Positions 11,239 through 23,875 of a DNA stretch of 23,875 bases are shown in pieces (position 1 is the first letter of the stretch; each line of letters begins with the position of its first letter). The stretch lies in contig CBDDTI010000547.1 of NCBI GenBank assembly GCA_965233585.1, positions 1-23,875 on the forward strand, given 5' to 3'. The stretch comes from a bacterium (GTDB lineage: Bacteria > SAR324 > NAC60-12). Under the pieces are notes generated by a model that searched no databases, was not told where the DNA came from, and worked only from the letters and a program-made list of their open reading frames with translations. The translations under genes were made by a program, and so were the position numbers.

Positions 11239-11779
11239 AGCGGCCTCTGATCGCCCCCTGTGGGCTGTTGGTGCCCCTTCATCATTTCTCACATTAGCTT
11301 ATGTTTCACTGTCCGTTTCCCCTTTTTTTTCTTCGCTCTCGTTGCGACACACCTTTGTCGTTGTTTGCTTCGAAGTGACTATATGTGAGCTGTTATGCCT
11401 TGATGTCTTGCGCCATGTGACCTCGGGGATCCTGGCTGGGGGGATCTATGGTTTCCGCATGGTGCTTTGTTGCTTCGCTCAGCTTGACGTATGGCCTTGT
11501 AATTTTGTTGTTCTTCCCTTTGTTTCTGCAGCCACACCATATCAAGATAATACAAGGTTATCACAAGATAATACAATGTTATCACTCGTGCATTAATTTG
11601 CCCATGAACTGGCACCTGTCACGCCTTTGTTTGGCTGTTTTGTTTTGGGTTGCTGTGTTTTGGTGGTTTGCTTTTGGTTTTTGTTTTCGGATTGTGGTGA
11701 CATGGTGACGGCCTACAGGACTATGCGCAGGTCCTATACCAGTTCACTCTTGAGGCCCTCAACTTGCAGACGACCATGT
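11239..11779. mobile_element. Probable interspersed-repeat fragment, possibly the 3' end of a non-LTR element, with a TG-rich tract and structured terminus
   Basis: Strong T/G skew at 11625-11700, a 21-nt internal tandem duplication (caagataatacaaggttatca, ~11543-11584) and nested inverted repeats at 11700-11779. No second copy in the window, so the class is a guess. Confidence 0.35.
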
Positions 11780-11914
11780 ATGTAATAATTAACCAATTAA
11801 TGCTATTTTGCAACATGCAATTGAACGTATTGGACAACCTGGCGGAAGCCATGAAGGCGTTGGACGGAAAAAAAACTAATAACTGAGCGGACGATTTGAT
11901 ACATATTGAAACGA

Positions 11915-13055
11915 TCTAACATAAATATAAAATAATTATTTGCATCGCAAATATTTCCATCCACAGAAGCCTTTAGAAACAAAAGCTTTAGAAATGTTTG
12001 TACACAAACGCTTTCCAGACAGGCACTTTTACACCAGACATTTTTACACAGGCGCTTTTACACAGACGCTTTTATACACAGACACTTTTACACACAGAAG
12101 CTTTCACACACAAACGCTTTTACGCACAAAAGCTTTTTTATACACAGGAACTTTTACACACAAAAAAAATTTACACACAAACACTTTTAGACACAAACGG
12201 TTTTGCAAACAAACGCTTTTACAAACAAATACTTTTACACACAAACACTTTACACACAGTTGCTTCTACACAGAAACACTTTAAAATACAGAAATTTTGC
12301 ACACAAACGCTTTTACCGACAGACACACAAACGCTTTTACCGACAGATGCTTCTACACACAGACACTTTTATACACAGAAGTTTTTATACACAGAGACTT
12401 TTACACGCAGACCCTTTCACACACAGAAGCTTTTATACATTCACACACAGACGCTTTTACACCAAAACGCTTTTACACACAAACACTTTTGCACACAAAA
12501 GCTTTTACAAACAGACACTTTTAAGTTGAAATCGCAATTTTACCTTAATTTTTGGCGTGATCGAGTCTCATTTCGTGCGAAAAGGTCGTGCCGTTTCGTT
12601 GGCACTGCCCCTGCCCCCGCCTTGAAGAGAAAAATAGAAAAGAAGGCAAGAGGGCAAGAGGAGAAGATGTCAGGATGAGAAGATGAGCAGATGAGAAGAT
12701 GTGAAGATGAGAAGGTGAGAAGATGTGAAGATGTGAAGATGTAAAGATGAGAAAATACGAAGAGAAGAAGATGTGAGGATGAGAAGATGAGAGGATGTGA
12801 AGATGAGAGGATGTGAAGATGAGAAGATATGAAGAGGAAAAGATGTGAGGATGAGAAGATGAGAAGATGTCAAGATAGAAGATGGTGAAGAAGATGTGAA
12901 GATAAGAAGATAAGGAGATGAGAAGATGAGATGAAGATGTGAAATTGTGAGGATGTGAAGATGGGAAAATAAGAAAATGAAAAGATATAAAGAGGAAAAA
13001 ATATTTTACAGACCACCACTATTGGAAGAATCCTGCGCTCAAGTGCTCTTGGGAA
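11915..13055 (+). mobile_element. ACAC-satellite family element, plus copy
   Basis: acacagacgcttttac satellite (~11960-12522), unique linker (~12525-12660), (GATGAGAA/GATGTGAA)n tract (~12665-13000), terminus ccactattggaagaatcctgcgctcaagtgctcttgggaa. Left boundary uncertain. Confidence 0.8.
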
Positions 13056-14178
13056 TAATCTATATATATATTTTTCAAAAAATATATTTTCTCATATATT
13101 GCAAATATATTTATAAATAATAAATCTATTTTTCCCTCAAATTATTTTCCTAATTTCTTGTAATTATTATTATATTTTTCGAAAAAAAAATAAAATTATA
13201 TACTATTTTTTTCCTATATATATATATTTATTTTATATTTCCAAAAATCCATCCCAAGAAATTTCCATATAAATATTTAAATATTTATAATATTTTTTTA
13301 AATAAAATATATCGATTTTCCCAAAATTTCAATTTTCCTTATTTTAATATATATATATTTGTAAAATTCTAATTTTCCATAAATTATTTAAATTCAATAA
13401 TATATGTATTTTCCTTATTTATTATTTTTTTCATTCCTTAAATAAATAGAATCAAATACTATATTTTCCTTCCTATTTTTTTTAAAAATATCATTATTTT
13501 TATTTATTTATTATTTATATAATTATATAAAATAATATATTTTTCTTATTTTCCCTTATTTATTACTATTTATATTTTTCAAATAATATATAAATTCGGT
13601 TAGATTCGGTTTATTTTCCCAAAATTTTAGATTTCATCATTACCTATTATTTTTTATTATTTTCATTATTTTTTATTATCTTTCCCATATATATATCTAA
13701 ATCAAATAAGATATCCATTTATTAATATTTTAATTTTTCCTTATTTTAATATTTTTTTTAAAATTTTTTTTCCCTATTTATCCATATATATATATTTATT
13801 TTTAAATTATATTTTTTAAATAATATTATAAATCATTATAATTTATTAAATATCATTATCTTTCATTATTTTCGTATAACATTATTTCCCATCATTATAT
13901 ATATAATATTAAATAATATATCCATTTTCGCAAGATTTTATTTCCCCTCCCTTCCCTTTTTATTTTCCTAAATAAAATAATAAAGCCGTTTTCCAAATGT
14001 CTAATTTCAATTTATTTATTTTTTATAATTAAAAATTATATTTTATATTTTTCTATAAATAATAAATTTATAAAAAAACATATTTTTAAAAATATCCATT
14101 TTAATATTAAATAATATATTTATCTTCCCGAAATTTTCTTAATTATTTTTATTATTTAATTATATTTTTTTCAAATAA
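13056..14178. repeat. Extremely AT-rich, G-poor low-complexity tract, probably a decayed satellite
   Basis: Almost entirely A/T with recurring residual motifs ttttccc, ttccat, atcattat and very few G on the + strand. The ORF track has no ORF lying within it. Confidence 0.65.
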
Positions 14179-16807
14179 TCGAAGGAAATTTAGAAGTCAA
14201 ACTTCCGACAATATGGACAGATGAAAAGCCGAGCAGGGAAGAGGCAGAGGGAAGAGAAAGATTAAAAGAAAGAAGAGTAGAAGAGAAAGAATAAGAAGAA
14301 AAAAGATATAAATGTATGAAAAGGTAGGAAAATCGCGAAAAACTGTGTTTTTCCAATAATTTGGGACTCCGGAGGGTCGAAAAGTAGGCTTGCTAAAGCG
14401 GCGGAGCTAGCTGGCCAAATGAATGTGAAAAATTACACGCCGTTATGGCGCGAAGCACATTTTGAAGTCAAAATATATAAAATACACCAAGTTCGGACCA
14501 CTTTTAGAAGTTCAAATATCGAAAAAGTACACGCCATTATAACGCGAAGTATATTTCCAAATCAAAATATATAAAATACCTCATATTCGCGCCATTTTTT
14601 AAGGGAGGGCTATTTTTTTTGGGAATTTTTTCCCGTTTTCTGGTGGAAGGAAGGAAAGAAGGAAGGAAAGAAGGAAGGAAGGAAGAAAGAAAAAAAGAAA
14701 GCAAGAAAAAAAGAAAGAAAAAATCTTCTCTTGAAAAATGAAAGGAAAGCTTCCTTCTCTTGACCCCCCCACCCGCATTTATTTTTTAGCCGGCTCCCCT
14801 TGCTACCTACTATTCTTTTTTTCATAAGCATCATCGTTGTTTATTTGGTTTCATTTAATCTTGATTAATATCCATCGCGACTTATACCTATGTACTTCTT
14901 TCTTGGTACGCATTACACCCCCCCACCAGCTTTTATTTTTTAATCGGTTCCCCTTACTACCTATTATTCTTTTTATTTTTCATAAGCATCATCGGTTATT
15001 TAGGTTCATTTTATCTTTATTAATATCCATCGAGATTTGTACCTATGTACTTCTTTCTTGGTATGCATTGCGAGGGGAAGCGCTGCGCCGCGGGAGGCGC
15101 TATGCCCTCCCCCCTACACCCCCCCACCCGCTTTTATTTCTTAATTAACTTCCCTTGCTACCTACTCTCTTTTATTTTTTTCATAGGTATCGTTTCTTTG
15201 GATTCATCTTTTTTTTCTTAATTTTTATTTATTCCATCGAGACTTGAGCCTATGTGCTTCTTTCTTAGTGCGCAGGGCCTCCCCCCTGTATCCCCCACCC
15301 GCTTTTATTTTTTAATCGACTTCCCTTACTACCTACTCTATTTCTTTTTCTTTCGCAAACATCGTTTATTTAAATTTATTTTTTTTATAATTAATATTTT
15401 CATTCTTGCTGCTACTACTACTACTACTATTACTACTACTACTAGTACTACTACTACTAGTACTACTACTATTACTACTACTATTACTACTACTACTCTA
15501 GTACTACTAGTACTAGTACTACTGCTGCTGCTGCTACTACTACTACTAATACTACTAGTACTACTACTACTACTAATACTACTATTACTACTTCTACTAC
15601 TTCTACATTTTTTATTTTCTTTTTAATCCTTATTTATTTTTTTTTAATTCCTTATTTTTTGTTTTTTTTAAATCCTTATTTATTTTTTTTAATCCTCTAA
15701 CCTCCCCAACAACAACCACAACCAACAACCACCAACAACAACCACCAACAACAACAAACAACAACCAACAACAACCAACAACCAACAACAACAACCACCA
15801 ACCACAACAGCAACCACAACCAACCAACACCAACCAACCAAGCAACCAAGCAACCAACCAACCATCCAACCACAGCAACAACAACAACACCATGCAAATC
15901 AAAGAACTTAGCTGCAAAACGCTGCAAATACCAATCAAAACCATCAAATCCCAAAAAACGAGAAAAAATTCCCAAAAAAAAATATAAAAAATTCCCAAAA
16001 AAAATTACAGCCCTTTTTTAAGGTTCGAATGTCGAAAAAATACATATTATTATAATATAAAATATATTTCATATGTTCGTATCACTTTTAGAGGTTTAGA
16101 TGTTTAAAAGTATACGCCATTATAACGCGAAGTACATTTCGACATCAAAATATATAAAAAACTCCACATGTTCGCAACACTTTTAGAAATTCAAATATCG
16201 AAAAAGTTATGCCGTTATAATGTAAAAAATATTTCCAAATAAAACTATTCAAAACAATAAAGATTTAAACCAATTTTAGAGGTTCAAATATCATTTCGTT
16301 TCAATATACTATATTAGAATTTATTATAATATAATATATTCCAGTACACTACATTACACTCCACTACATTACTACATTACACTAAATAACACTACAACAC
16401 AAATAAACAAGTAAACAACTAAACAAATAAACAAATAAAAGAGAAAAATAAATAAACAAATAGGTAAATAGACAAATAAATAATTAAATAAAAAAAAATA
16501 AAGGCCAGCTAGGTAAATAAAATAAATAAATAGCTAAACAAATAAAAGAAAAAAAAGAAAGAAAAAGAAATAAATAGATAAATAAATAGATCGATAGATA
16601 GATAAATCAATAAATAGATAAATATATAGAAAATAGATAGGTAGGTAAGTAAATAGTCAGAGAAAAAAAGAAAAAGAGTAAGAAAGATCAAGTACCTTTC
16701 AATCCATCAGTGGCTTCGTTCTACCATCCCTAATTCACAACAACCAACCTCTCCTATAAGTTTCCTATTTTTGAAACTTCCGTCACCGCCTTATGCGGTA
16801 CTACTGG
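14179..16807 (+). mobile_element. Non-autonomous Helitron-like element, copy 1 (AT-decayed, interrupted by a MITE)
   Basis: A|TCGAAGGAAATTTAGAAGTCAAACTTCCGAC start and ACCGC-cttat-GCGGT-ACTACTGG|T end. Colinear with 19050-20310 and 21908-23769 once 14603-16021 is removed. Confidence 0.75.
14603..16017. mobile_element. TIR MITE with TTAA target-site duplication and purine-start termini (Kolobok-like)
   Basis: TTAA (14599-14602)-GGGAGGGCT-ATTTTTTTTGGGAATTTTT ... AAAAATTCCCAAAAAAAATTAC-AGCCCTTTT-TTAA (16018-16021). Removing it rejoins the host unit ccatttt-ttaa-ggttcgaatgtcgaaaaa. Interior: (GGAA)n, four ccccccacccgcttttatttt-led units (~14764, 14918, 15119, ~15292), (ACT)n and (AAC/ACC)n. Confidence 0.75.
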
Positions 16808-16959
16808 TATTAATTTTAATATTTTTAATCCTATTCCTTACCATATTTCTTAAATCCATCCACTATGTAGAATCTACGATAAAATAATTAGATTCTTATT
16901 TAATTTAATTACAGGAAAAAATAAATTTGAAATATATATAAATAATTTATTTTACTTTT

Positions 16960-23875
<6,916 letters not shown>

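Noticed and set aside
11940..12678. ORFs rich in TQTLLH/HRRFY (also 6829-7118 and 7914-8595)
   Set aside because: Translations of the ACAC satellite, open in several frames at once.
15252..15998. ORFs with poly-T, poly-L and V/G/C/W runs suggesting membrane proteins
   Set aside because: Translations of the (ACT)n and (AAC/ACC)n microsatellites inside the MITE.

Overview
Eukaryotic, repeat-dominated genomic DNA. The short exons bounded by AG|G acceptors and GT/GC donors, together with the repeat types, suggest a dinoflagellate of the Symbiodiniaceae; this is inference, not verified. An uncharacterised multi-exon gene on + (about 57-4045) and another on - (about 16960 to the window end) point towards each other across a ~12 kb stack of nested non-autonomous elements. 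No gene product could be named, and most ORF-track entries are artefacts of satellites and microsatellites. Recognisable elements: four same-orientation copies of a Helitron-like family (A|TC...hairpin-CTGG|T, no target-site duplication), a TTAA-flanked MITE with purine-start termini (Kolobok-like), a tRNA-derived SINE-like insert at a TTTT/AA site, and several copies of an ACAC-satellite-bearing family. The most striking signal is that repeat copies in the intergenic zone carry dense C>T and G>A transitions, mostly at CpA/TpG rather than CpG, while sister copies inside introns lack this decay. That pattern resembles fungal repeat-induced point mutation (RIP) and falls at an apparent convergent strand switch.
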